From contig JBAZKA010000002.1 of assembly GCA_041651015.1 (NCBI GenBank), positions 70,163-134,162 on the forward strand: a DNA stretch of 64,000 nt. The letters run 5' to 3'. Positions 1 to 8,412 of the stretch are shown here, one piece after another. The stretch is from Patescibacteria group bacterium. GTDB lineage: Bacteria; Patescibacteriota; Patescibacteriia; Magasanikbacterales; GWA2-37-8. Numbering within the stretch: the first letter of the stretch is position 1; each line of letters begins with the position of its first letter. The notes under the pieces were generated by a model. That model searched no databases, was not told the origin of the DNA, and saw nothing but the letters and a program-made list of their open reading frames with translations. Made by a program: the position numbers and the translations under genes.

Positions 1-1
1 C

Positions 2-403
2 ATGGAAGGAACTAATAAACCTGACTACGGCAAAGCAGTGGATATTGTCACCAAAGGCGCCATCGGACAAATGATTTTACCGGCTTTAATTCCGGTTATC
101 GTTCCGATCTTAGTTGGATTCATCTTGGGTGTAGAGGCCTTGGGCGGTATGCTTGTCGGCACGATTATCACCGGCTTATTTGTAGCCATCTCCATGACTA
201 CAGGTGGCGGCGCTTGGGACAATGCCAAAAAATTCATTGAAGAAGGCAACCACGGTGGCAAGGGCTCATTTGCCCATCAAGCCGCGGTGACTGGTGATAC
301 GGTTGGTGATCCCTACAAGGACACTGCCGGTCCGGCCATTAATCCGATGATTAAAGTGGCGAACATTGTGGCACTGTTGATTGTGGGGTTGTTGATAAAA
401 TAA
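2..403 (+). CDS. hppA: H+-translocating (membrane) pyrophosphatase, C-terminal fragment running off the window's 5' end
   Basis: C-terminal motifs [44 protein letters not shown] followed by a final TM helix are typical of V-type H+-PPase. Confidence 0.85.
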   Translation: MEGTNKPDYGKAVDIVTKGAIGQMILPALIPVIVPILVGFILGVEALGGMLVGTIITGLFVAISMTTGGGAWDNAKKFIEEGNHGGKGSFAHQAAVTGDTVGDPYKDTAGPAINPMIKVANIVALLIVGLLIK

Positions 404-414
404 ACAATATTACA

Positions 415-450
415 CAAAAAAACCCGGCCATCTTGGTCGGGTTTTTTTGA
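415..450 (+). terminator. rho-independent terminator after hppA
   Basis: GC stem acccggcc/ggtcgggt followed by a T7 run. Confidence 0.6.
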
Positions 451-463
451 TACCTGCCTGAAA

Positions 464-492
464 TTGACATGATTCCCGAATTGTATTATAGT
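464..492 (+). promoter_or_regulatory. sigma70-like promoter
   Basis: TTGACA, 17-nt spacer, TATAGT, then an AAGGAGG RBS before the ATG at 533. Confidence 0.5.
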
Positions 493-532
493 ATGACGAT
501 GCTCTTTTGAGGGCTAAAGAAAGGAGGGCGCA

Positions 533-1021
533 ATGGCGAAACAACAGCATAACGTCTATCATATTATTCGCGACCTGCAAAATGAATTGGATAGTCTGCT
601 CGATACCATCATGGAAATGCTCGGAAGGGAGACTCTGGAAGACGGCAAGCCATACAAAAATCCAGGAGCCGACCTCGCGATCATCTCGGAGACGTTGCGT
701 GGAATGGTCGGGGTTTTGCACGGATTCAATGACGACAGCCAACGGAGGAAAGCCCTCGTCAGTGCCGCGGCCGCGCGCCCGACAATACCGCCCGATACAA
801 CCATCCCGCCACCGGCACAGCCTGGTGCAAAAACGATCGTAGAAGTTGGCGGACAGGCAAGTCGCGGCGACGAGACTCAAGTGATACGTGGACGTGGCGA
901 CACGCCACCGGCTCATCAAGCGCCGCGGGAGAGACGCCAAACTGGTCTGCGCGACCCCGTCGTATCCAAACACGCCGGTGTCTATGGTGTGCAAACACTC
1001 CAAGAGTTGCTCCACAAGTAA
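533..1021 (+). CDS. hypothetical protein, GC-rich, standalone transcription unit
   Basis: ORF with a strong RBS, its own promoter and a downstream hairpin. No family recognised. GC is visibly higher than its neighbours. Confidence 0.5.
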   Translation: MAKQQHNVYHIIRDLQNELDSLLDTIMEMLGRETLEDGKPYKNPGADLAIISETLRGMVGVLHGFNDDSQRRKALVSAAAARPTIPPDTTIPPPAQPGAKTIVEVGGQASRGDETQVIRGRGDTPPAHQAPRERRQTGLRDPVVSKHAGVYGVQTLQELLHK

Positions 1022-1027
1022 ACCCTC

Positions 1028-1064
1028 GCCCCAGCCTTCGCAGGCTGGGGCTCATCATTTATTG
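1028..1064 (+). terminator. hairpin terminator after the 533 ORF
   Basis: gccccagcc-ttcgca-ggctggggc stem-loop followed by a T-rich tract. Confidence 0.45.
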
Positions 1065-1124
1065 ACACTTTTCTCGTTTTCCATTAAACTTCCCATACAA
1101 AAAATATTTACTAACAATTACCTT

Positions 1125-2438
1125 ATGTCACACGAACTCAAAAAACTGGATAAGTCACAAGTTGAATTAACCATTACCGTGGCCCCGGCTGATTATCAGC
1201 ACGCCTTGGAACACGCAGCCAAACATTTATCCGAAGTCGCTGCCATCAAGGGTTTCCGCCCGGGCACGGCGCCTTATGATATTGTGAAACAACAAGTCGG
1301 CGAGCAACGAATCCTGGAAACCGCGCTGGAAGAAATCGTGCGTGAGAATTATTACAAAGCCGTGGACGCGGAAAAATTGGAAACCGTGGGCATGCCCCTC
1401 GTCTCCATGGAAAAGGTGGCCATGGGTAATGATATTATTTTCAAAGCCACAGTTGCCCTGATGCCAGAAATTAAATTAGCTGATTTCAAAAAAATTAAAG
1501 TGGAAGTTAAATCCACCGAAGTTGGCGACAAAGAACTTGATACGGCCATGAATGATTTGCGCAAAATGCGTTTGAAAGAAGCGGCCAAAAAAGAACCGGC
1601 GACCAAAGATGACAAGGTGGTCGTGGACATGAATATGTTTATTGATAAAGTAGCGGTAGAGGGCGGTTGGGCCAAAGACCACCAAGTATATTTATCCGAA
1701 GGACATTATATCCCGGGCTTTGCCGAGCAACTGGTCGGTTTGAAAAAAGATGATGACAAAAAATTCAATCTTAAATTTCCGGCCGAACATTACCAGAAAC
1801 AATTAGCCGGCAAAGATGTGGATTTTGAAGTCAAAGTGAAAGAAGTATATTCGTTGGAATTGCCGGAACTAAACGATGACTTTGCCAAAGGCTTGGGACA
1901 AAAAGATATTGCCACTTTGAAAAATCTGCTCAAAGATAATTTGACGCACGAGGCCGAACACAAAGAAGCGCAACGCCAAGAGGCCGAGATTTTGGAAAAA
2001 ATTGTGGAAGCGAGTAAATTCAGTGACATCCCGGATGTGCTTATCAAATCCGAAAAACAAAAAATGTTTAACGAACTCAAACATGATTTGGAACATCGCG
2101 GAATTGAAATTGAGCAGTATTTGAATGACATCAAAAAAACCGAAGACCAAATTTATAAGGACTTTGAAGATGGCGCAATGAAACGCGTGAAGGCGGCTCT
2201 GGTCGCGAGACAAGTGGCGATGGATAACAAAATCACGGCCGAAAAAGATGAGATCAACAAAGAAATTGAATTGGTCAAAGCCACTTATGGCAATGACCCG
2301 AAAGTAGAAGAAAATTTGAAAAATCCCGAAGTGCTGGATACCATTGCCCGCATGGTACAAAATCGCAAAGTGGTGGAATTCTTAAAACACACCATTATCG
2401 GAACTACTGATCCAAAACATCATTGCGAACACTGCTAA
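1125..2438 (+). CDS. tig: trigger factor (ribosome-associated chaperone, PPIase)
   Basis: MSHELKKLDKSQVELTITV..GFRPG.AP start and a 437-aa trigger-factor architecture. The track ORF begins at 888 but the in-frame ATG at 1125 is the plausible start. Confidence 0.9.
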   Translation: MSHELKKLDKSQVELTITVAPADYQHALEHAAKHLSEVAAIKGFRPGTAPYDIVKQQVGEQRILETALEEIVRENYYKAVDAEKLETVGMPLVSMEKVAMGNDIIFKATVALMPEIKLADFKKIKVEVKSTEVGDKELDTAMNDLRKMRLKEAAKKEPATKDDKVVVDMNMFIDKVAVEGGWAKDHQVYLSEGHYIPGFAEQLVGLKKDDDKKFNLKFPAEHYQKQLAGKDVDFEVKVKEVYSLELPELNDDFAKGLGQKDIATLKNLLKDNLTHEAEHKEAQRQEAEILEKIVEASKFSDIPDVLIKSEKQKMFNELKHDLEHRGIEIEQYLNDIKKTEDQIYKDFEDGAMKRVKAALVARQVAMDNKITAEKDEINKEIELVKATYGNDPKVEENLKNPEVLDTIARMVQNRKVVEFLKHTIIGTTDPKHHCEHC

Positions 2439-2482
2439 TGAATGATTGAAATGATGTAAATGATAAAATTGATGAAGATGAT

Positions 2483-2517
2483 AAAACCGTCCGTTTAGGC
2501 TGACGGTTTTGTTTTTT
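2483..2517 (+). terminator. rho-independent terminator after tig
   Basis: aaaccgtc-cgtttaggct-gacggttt stem-loop followed by a T6 run. Confidence 0.7.
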
Positions 2518-2664
2518 GAAAACAAAAAAGGCCTTTGATTTCCGTTCGGCTAGCGCTTCGGGCAAGTATCTGATACCCCGTTGGGTTTACTAATTCATAT
2601 AATTATTGCTATAATTCTAATATACAATTCTATATTCTGCATTCAACATTCAATATTCTCTTTT

Positions 2665-3504
2665 ATGCTTTTCGGCGCCCACGTCTCAATTGCCGGCGGA
2701 CTGATAAACGCTCCCAAAAACGCGGCTGATTTGGGTTGCGAGGTTTTTCAAATGTTCACCCGTTCGCCTCAAGGTGGATTTGTCGCGCCTTTGGACGAAA
2801 ATATTGCCAAAGAATTCAAATCCGCTTGCAAAGAATTCGGTCAAAAAGAATGGTATGTGCACACGCCGTATTTTATCAATTTTGCTTCGGCCAACCCGCG
2901 CATCAAACACGCTTCCATCGCCGTGGTACGCGAGGAATTGGAACGCGCTTCCTTGCTTGGTGCTAAATATTTAATGACCCACCTTGGAAGTTTTGCTTCA
3001 CTCGGCAAAGAAAAAGGCTTTCCCCAATTAATCAAATCACTGGATGAAATGTTGAGCGGATACAAAGGCAAAACAAAATTTCTGATTGAAATATCGGCCG
3101 GCGCCGGTGAAATTATCGGTGGAAATTTTGAAAGCATTGCCGAAGTTATCAATCACCCGAAATTAATAAAATACGATATCGACGTTTGTTTCGACACACA
3201 GCACGCGTTTGCCTCGGGCTATGATTTGCGCGATGCAAGCGCAGTGAAAATAACTTTTGATACTTTTGATAAAATAATCGGTTTGGATAAATTAAAAATT
3301 TCTCATTGCAATGATTCCAAAACCGACTGTAATTCGCACAGCGACCACCACGCGCATATTGGCCAAGGTAAAATCGGAATTGAAGGATTCCGCGCGTTAA
3401 TCGCGGACAAACGCTTGACAAAAGTAAATTTCATTTTGGAAACAAAACCAGACGCGGTAAAAGAGGATTTGGAAATGTTAAAAAAACTTCGGTTGTCATT
3501 CTGA
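2665..3504 (+). CDS. nfo: endonuclease IV (AP endonuclease, TIM barrel)
   Basis: MLFGAHVSIAGG...FQMFTRSPQGG...HTPYFINFAS...FDTQHAFASGYD..HCNDSK motifs. Start taken at the in-frame ATG at 2665, preceded by a TGcTATAAT extended -10. Confidence 0.85.
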   Translation: MLFGAHVSIAGGLINAPKNAADLGCEVFQMFTRSPQGGFVAPLDENIAKEFKSACKEFGQKEWYVHTPYFINFASANPRIKHASIAVVREELERASLLGAKYLMTHLGSFASLGKEKGFPQLIKSLDEMLSGYKGKTKFLIEISAGAGEIIGGNFESIAEVINHPKLIKYDIDVCFDTQHAFASGYDLRDASAVKITFDTFDKIIGLDKLKISHCNDSKTDCNSHSDHHAHIGQGKIGIEGFRALIADKRLTKVNFILETKPDAVKEDLEMLKKLRLSF

Positions 3505-3650
3505 GTGAAGCGAAGAATCCCTTGTCGCGTTGGCGCTCACGAAAATAATTGACCCCTTCCTCCCTAGACTTCGCCCTCGTCCGGCCTAGGCGGACGGCTC
3601 GTCAGATGGTCGTCAGGAGTAAATTTTTTCCGCTCGCTAAAACCTTTAAT

Positions 3651-3872
3651 ATGCGCTATTCCATTCACGTCATCCCGCGTTCATCAAAAAATTTAATAAC
3701 CGAGATGGGGGACGGCACGCTTAAAATAAAATTAACCGCCGCGCCCGTGGATAACGAAGCCAATATCAAGCTCGTGAAATTATTATCCGAACATTTTGAC
3801 GTGGCAAAATCCAAAATTAAAATCGTGAGCGGCCTCACGAGTAAAAATAAAATTATAGAGGTGTCATCCTGA
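3651..3872 (+). CDS. DUF167/YggU family small protein
   Basis: MRYSIHVIPRSSKN...LKIKLTAAPVDNEANIKLVKLLSEHF..KSKIKIVSG matches the YggU pattern. The start may instead be the upstream in-frame ATG at 3606. Confidence 0.7.
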   Translation: MRYSIHVIPRSSKNLITEMGDGTLKIKLTAAPVDNEANIKLVKLLSEHFDVAKSKIKIVSGLTSKNKIIEVSS

Positions 3873-3895
3873 ACTTGTTTCAGGATCTTTCGGTG
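3866..3895 (+). terminator. hairpin overlapping the yggU stop (possible weak terminator)
   Basis: atcctgaa-cttg-tttcaggat inverted repeat followed by a short T tract. Confidence 0.35.
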
Positions 3896-3949
3896 TTCGT
3901 AAAAAAATAGTATTAAAGATGCTGAAACAAGTTCAGCATGACGCGCGAC

Positions 3950-4222
3950 TCACGGCAAATCCACTCCGCCGTGGCTCCACGGATTGCATCGTAAAATTCG
4001 CCAAATGGTTTTCGGTACGCCTCGCACGAGGCCGTATTTTTTTATTGATTGATAACCGTACTCACTGCAAGTCGGATGAAACCGGCACACACCGGGCGCG
4101 AAAAAACCTTTCATGGGACCATGGTCGGGTGAAAACGTCTTTTGATACAAGCGAATCAGCCACAAAACAGGAATACGAGGCAAAAATATTATTAATTGTA
4201 ATGCTTTTTTCGGAATGCTCAT
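3950..4222 (-). CDS. yidD: membrane protein insertion efficiency factor YidD
   Basis: LIRLYQ...SP......C.F.PTCSEY.........[12 protein letters not shown] signature. It lies downstream of rnpA as in many bacteria. Confidence 0.8.
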   Translation of the reverse strand: MSIPKKALQLIIFLPRIPVLWLIRLYQKTFSPDHGPMKGFFAPGVCRFHPTCSEYGYQSIKKYGLVRGVPKTIWRILRCNPWSHGGVDLP

Positions 4223-4632
4223 ATTCTCACCCCGCTTTTTTTCAACAATAAATCTGTCTCTTCGCTAATTTTGGCGTAATCCAAGTCCATTGATCCTTTC
4301 TTGGCGACAAATAACAAGTAATATCCATTCTTGATTCTGCCGTCCTTCACCAGCAAGCGAACCACCTCGCGCATCTGCCGGCGTAAGCGATTGCGCTTGA
4401 CTGCGCTTTTTGACAGCTTTAATCCCACGGCAAAGGCTATCTTTAGCTGTTTTTCAAAATCATTTGGCTCAATTTTTTTCGGAAAAAAGTCCCGATTTTT
4501 GGCTAATTCCAGATACTTGAGGTCAAAAAACTCAGCATTGGCCCACCGGCCCCGCTTCATTACCAAATTAAAGTCCCTGGTTTTCTTCAAACGATTGTCT
4601 GGCTTGAGCATAACACTCTCATTATACCACAA
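4219..4632 (-). CDS. rnpA: ribonuclease P protein component
   Basis: [11 protein letters not shown] (RNR motif), basic protein, immediately downstream of rpmH. Confidence 0.85.
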   Translation of the reverse strand: MWYNESVMLKPDNRLKKTRDFNLVMKRGRWANAEFFDLKYLELAKNRDFFPKKIEPNDFEKQLKIAFAVGLKLSKSAVKRNRLRRQMREVVRLLVKDGRIKNGYYLLFVAKKGSMDLDYAKISEETDLLLKKSGVRI

Positions 4633-4662
4633 AAGCCCGCTTTCACGGACTTTTGTTGATTA

Positions 4663-4839
4663 TTATTTGGTTTTGCGCGTTCTCTTGCCCTTGCGCTCAT
4701 TGGAAACCGTTAATTTCTTGCGTCCTTTGGCGCGGCGGCGGCTCAGTACCGTGCGACCGCCCGCTGTGCTCATACGCTTTCTAAATCCGTGGGTTTTAGC
4801 GCGTTTTTTCTTGTTTGGTTGGTATTTTCTGAGTGGCAT
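4663..4839 (-). CDS. rpmH: 50S ribosomal protein L34 (58 aa, not in the ORF track because it is under 60 aa)
   Basis: Manual translation [45 protein letters not shown] plus a 13-aa basic tail. This is the classic L34 sequence immediately upstream of rnpA. Confidence 0.8.
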   Translation of the reverse strand: MPLRKYQPNKKKRAKTHGFRKRMSTAGGRTVLSRRRAKGRKKLTVSNERKGKRTRKTK

Positions 4840-4879
4840 ATCATTTTATATATTGCTTTTTTTAATTGAACAATGATAG

Positions 4880-5029
4880 CATACTCTAATCCATGAATCA
4901 AGTCAAGTTTTAGGGGGTCTCACTAAGCAGTTATCCACAGTTCGTCCACATTTTTTTAACCTCCCTTAACTGTTTATTTTCGCTAAACAGTGATAAAATT
5001 TACTTACTTTAAAAATAGAGCATTCACTT
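4880..5029. promoter_or_regulatory. oriC left half: DnaA-box cluster between rpmH and dnaA
   Basis: Perfect TTATCCACA at 4931-4939 followed by tcgTCCACA, in the conserved rpmH-dnaA intergenic position. Confidence 0.6.
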
Positions 5030-6448
5030 ATGAACAATGCCGAAATTTGGCAGGCCGTACTCGGAGAACTAGAGCTTTCCATCTCAAAAGCGAACTTTGT
5101 CACCTGGTTCAAAAACACCGGTATCATTACTGTCCAAGACGGACAAGTGATTTTGTGCGTACCCAACAACTTTGCTCAGGCTTGGTTTGAAAAAAAATAT
5201 CATCAAATGATAATTAAGTCGTTGGAACGCATCATGGGTAAACCGGTGCGCCGATTAGAATATAAAATAGACAACATTAAAAATTTAGTGGAACAGGCGG
5301 CGGCAGATTTACAAAACACCGCGGTTGAATCCTACAACACCTACGCGGACATGGCCGCCTCAGTGAATTCCACTGAACGTTCCGCCCCTCAACGCGCAGC
5401 TTCGCAAAACGGTGTATTTGTATTAAATCCAAAATATACTTTTGAAACTTTTGTCGTCGGTTCCGGATCAGAACTGGCTTATGCCGCGGCCAAGGCCGTG
5501 GCCGAACGTCCGGGCGAGGCGTACAATCCGCTTTTCATTTATGGCGGTGTCGGTTTGGGCAAAACCCATTTGATCCAAGCCCTGGGTAATCAGGTTCTGA
5601 AAAATAATCCGGCGGCGCGCGTGCTTTATGTGACCGCCGAGAAATTTTCCAATGATTTTATTCAATCGGTCAAAGATGGCAATGCGAAAGATTTTCAAAA
5701 TCATTATCGCAATATTGATTTGCTCATGATTGATGATATCCAATTCATCGCCGGCAAAGATCGCACGCAAGAATCTTTTTTTCATACTTTCAACGAGCTA
5801 CACCAGCAGAACAAACAACTTGTGCTCACTTCGGATCGTCCACCCAAAGCCATACCGGCGTTGGAAGACCGTTTGAAGTCGCGTTTTGAGTGGGGGATGA
5901 TCGCGGATATCACCATGCCGGACTTTGAAACTCGCGTCGCTATTTTACAAAAGAAATGCGCTGAGAAAAATTTTATTGGTATGGACGAAAGAATTCTCTC
6001 CGCCATTGCCGCCACCATCCAATCAAACATCCGCGAACTGGAAGGCTCGCTTAATAAAATTATCGCTTACCATCAACTGAAAAACATTACCCCTTCCGTG
6101 GAATCGGTTAAATCCGTGCTTTCATCCATTGAGGCGGCCTCCATGAAACAATCTTTAACCGCTAAACAGGTCTTGGAGACAGTCGGCTCCTTTTACAGCA
6201 TTCAAGCCGACATGATTATCAACAAAAGCCGGGAAAAACGCGTTTCTTACCCGCGCCAAATCATTATGTATTTGCTCCGAGAAGAACTCAAGATGTCTTT
6301 TCCAAATATTGGCAATGAATTAGGCGGGCGCGATCACACTACCGCCATGCATGCTTGTGAGAAAATCCACAATGACTTGGATAATAACCCCAAGCTTAAG
6401 CAAGAAATTGAATTAATCAAGCAACGCTTGTATATAAATAATGTCTAA
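5030..6448 (+). CDS. dnaA: chromosomal replication initiator DnaA
   Basis: GGVGLGKTHL Walker A, DDIQF..GK Walker B/sensor, and a C-terminal DnaA-box-binding HTH. Confidence 0.95.
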   Translation: MNNAEIWQAVLGELELSISKANFVTWFKNTGIITVQDGQVILCVPNNFAQAWFEKKYHQMIIKSLERIMGKPVRRLEYKIDNIKNLVEQAAADLQNTAVESYNTYADMAASVNSTERSAPQRAASQNGVFVLNPKYTFETFVVGSGSELAYAAAKAVAERPGEAYNPLFIYGGVGLGKTHLIQALGNQVLKNNPAARVLYVTAEKFSNDFIQSVKDGNAKDFQNHYRNIDLLMIDDIQFIAGKDRTQESFFHTFNELHQQNKQLVLTSDRPPKAIPALEDRLKSRFEWGMIADITMPDFETRVAILQKKCAEKNFIGMDERILSAIAATIQSNIRELEGSLNKIIAYHQLKNITPSVESVKSVLSSIEAASMKQSLTAKQVLETVGSFYSIQADMIINKSREKRVSYPRQIIMYLLREELKMSFPNIGNELGGRDHTTAMHACEKIHNDLDNNPKLKQEIELIKQRLYINNV

Positions 6449-6735
6449 TTTTGTGTATAACTTGTGGAAAAGTCGTCATTAACTCTGGATAACTTTCTTT
6501 CCTCATCCACAGAAATAAGTTATCATGCACAGTAAAATTTCCAAACCGATTTTCCTCCACCGGATACTCACATCGCAAAAAATCGGTTATCCACAAAAGC
6601 GAAGTATAAATTTATTTGATCTCAGCCAAAAAAAGAAATTATCCCCACTATTAACACCCCTTATTATTACTATTATATAAAAATATATAAATAATAATTA
6701 ATATAATAAACCCGTAAGTGCATAACTTTTAATTT
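6449..6735. promoter_or_regulatory. oriC right half: DnaA boxes plus an AT-rich unwinding element between dnaA and dnaN
   Basis: tggataact (6486-6494), tcatccaca (6504-6512) and a perfect ttatccaca (6596-6604), then an AT-only run of about 70 nt at 6640-6720. Confidence 0.65.
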
Positions 6736-7860
6736 ATGAAATTTACCTGCATAAAAGAAAATCTGGTAAGCGCCCTCTCGCTCGTCACCGGCCTGGCGAC
6801 CAAGAGCGTTAACTTGCCGATCCTTTCTAATTTATTAATTCGCGCCGATGAACAAAAAGTGGAAATCATATCCACGAATTTGGAGTTGGCCATTGCGGTC
6901 ACGGTGCGGGCCAAAGTGGAAGCGCCAGGGACATTTACCGTGCCGGCTAGAACCCTGACGGATTTTATCAGTTTGTTGACTGACGAGAAGATTGATTTGG
7001 AATTAAAAGACAATGAATTGGTGGTCTCGTGCGGAAAATCTTCTACCAAAATTAAAGGCATGCCGGCTGATGAGTATCCGGTGATTCCCACACCCGGAGA
7101 CGGTCAAGGCTTTGTGGTGACGGCCGAGGACTTGCGTAAAGGCCTCTCACAAGTGAATATTGCGGCCGCGAGAACGGAAATTCGTCCCGAGCTCTCCGGT
7201 GTGCTTTTTGCCTTTAATTTGGAGAATAGCGGGCATTTAGTATTGGCCGCGACCGATAGTTATCGTCTGGCTGAGAAGAAAATTAAAATCCAACAAGGCA
7301 AGGAAAGTTTCCGGGTGATTGTGCCCGGACGCACGGCCCAAGAAATGAGCCATATCTTATCCGCCTCCAATGAGTTGGGTGATGAAAAAAGCGTACGGGT
7401 GATTTTGACTGATAACCAGATTGCTTTGAATTTTAACAGCGTGCAGATGATTTCACGTTTGGTGGAAGGGCAGTATCCTGATTACACGCAAATTATTCCG
7501 CGTGAGTTTAGAACTGAGGCGCGCTTTTCCGCGACTAAAATGATTAAGGAAATAAAAGCCGCCAGCTTGTTTACCACTATTGGAGTGAATGCGGTTAATT
7601 GCGATGTTATGCCCGAGGAAAATGAAATTAAAATCGCCTCCACTTCCACGCAGACCGGTGAATATAAATCCGGCCTGGAAGCGGAAATCAAAGGCGAGAA
7701 AAATTCCGTCTTACTCAATCATAAATATTTTCTGGACGGCCTTAATTGTATTTCCGGCGATGATGCCATACTCAAAATTGTGAATGGCGACAGCCCGTGC
7801 GTGTTGTCCGAACAAAGCGATGCCAATTATTTGTATATCGTGATGCCAATTAGACAGTAA
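6736..7860 (+). CDS. dnaN: DNA polymerase III beta sliding clamp
   Basis: 374 aa in a three-domain clamp pattern, with an N-terminus typical of DnaN (MKF..KE.L...L......SVNLPILSNLLI). Confidence 0.95.
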   Translation: MKFTCIKENLVSALSLVTGLATKSVNLPILSNLLIRADEQKVEIISTNLELAIAVTVRAKVEAPGTFTVPARTLTDFISLLTDEKIDLELKDNELVVSCGKSSTKIKGMPADEYPVIPTPGDGQGFVVTAEDLRKGLSQVNIAAARTEIRPELSGVLFAFNLENSGHLVLAATDSYRLAEKKIKIQQGKESFRVIVPGRTAQEMSHILSASNELGDEKSVRVILTDNQIALNFNSVQMISRLVEGQYPDYTQIIPREFRTEARFSATKMIKEIKAASLFTTIGVNAVNCDVMPEENEIKIASTSTQTGEYKSGLEAEIKGEKNSVLLNHKYFLDGLNCISGDDAILKIVNGDSPCVLSEQSDANYLYIVMPIRQ

Positions 7861-7863
7861 AAA

Positions 7864-7894
7864 GTTTGTAAAGTTATAAAGTTGAAAGTTAAAA
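7864..7894 (+). repeat. dispersed AAAGTT-unit repeat, copy 1 (GTTTGTAAAGTTATAAAGTTGAAAGTTAAAA)
   Basis: Nearly identical (about 30/31) to the reverse complement of 61090-61125. Confidence 0.5.
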
Positions 7895-7920
7895 CACCGG
7901 CGGGGAGGCCGGTGTTTTGT
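7893..7920 (+). terminator. rho-independent terminator after dnaN
   Basis: acaccggc-gggga-ggccggtgt stem-loop followed by TTTTGTTG. Confidence 0.7.
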
Positions 7921-7995
7921 TGACAAATGATTCACGTTATGCAAATATATAGGACAACAAACAACAAAAGCGTTGCCCAACAGGGAGGTGTAAGA

Positions 7996-8334
7996 ATGGG
8001 TGAAAGGTACAAAGTGTTCTTTGTGATATTAAAATATGGCGAATTTCGTGATTTAAAGATGGGAAAGTTGAGCTTAGCGGACTTGGGTGAAGACCGTGAT
8101 CATACATTTTATCTGCGAGTGATTCCCAGATTGGGAGAGCAGGTAAAGTTTGATGTGTTGAACCTTGACACCACCCAAGAACCTGGTGGTATTACGGGCT
8201 TTGTTAAGGTGGTGGAGCACATACCGCGAGACCCAAGCAGCTTTGGTGTGCTTGTTGAAGCTGGAAATAAAGAATCCGAAAATTGGATTGGCCGACTTTT
8301 TGTTGGGGAGGAGGTAAACCCCTTTCGTTACTAA
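7996..8334 (+). CDS. hypothetical small protein
   Basis: ORF with a GGAGGT RBS before MGERYKV. A TTGACA-17-TATATA promoter lies at about 7920. No family recognised. Confidence 0.45.
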   Translation: MGERYKVFFVILKYGEFRDLKMGKLSLADLGEDRDHTFYLRVIPRLGEQVKFDVLNLDTTQEPGGITGFVKVVEHIPRDPSSFGVLVEAGNKESENWIGRLFVGEEVNPFRY

Positions 8335-8412
8335 GAATTTATTCTGGCAGCAGCACCTTTCACACACACTGAATTCAGACAGTTTGGCCTTCGGTATGAC
8401 CGGGGGCTTTTT

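Noticed and set aside
888-1124. 5' extension of the trigger-factor ORF (track start 888) overlapping the upstream 533-1021 gene
   Set aside because: The extension is read-through across a terminator hairpin and a TTGACA promoter. The in-frame ATG at 1125 gives the canonical trigger-factor N-terminus.
2441-2490. ATGA/GATG-rich low-complexity stretch after tig (TAATGAATGATTGAAATGATGTAAATGATAAAA...)
   Set aside because: It resembles multiple in-frame and out-of-frame stop/start codons, but it is simply an AT-rich spacer before the terminator, with no evidence of function.
4331-4876. 181-aa + strand ORF
   Set aside because: It is antisense to rnpA and rpmH, both well-supported minus-strand genes. 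The product is low-complexity and Arg/Leu-rich.
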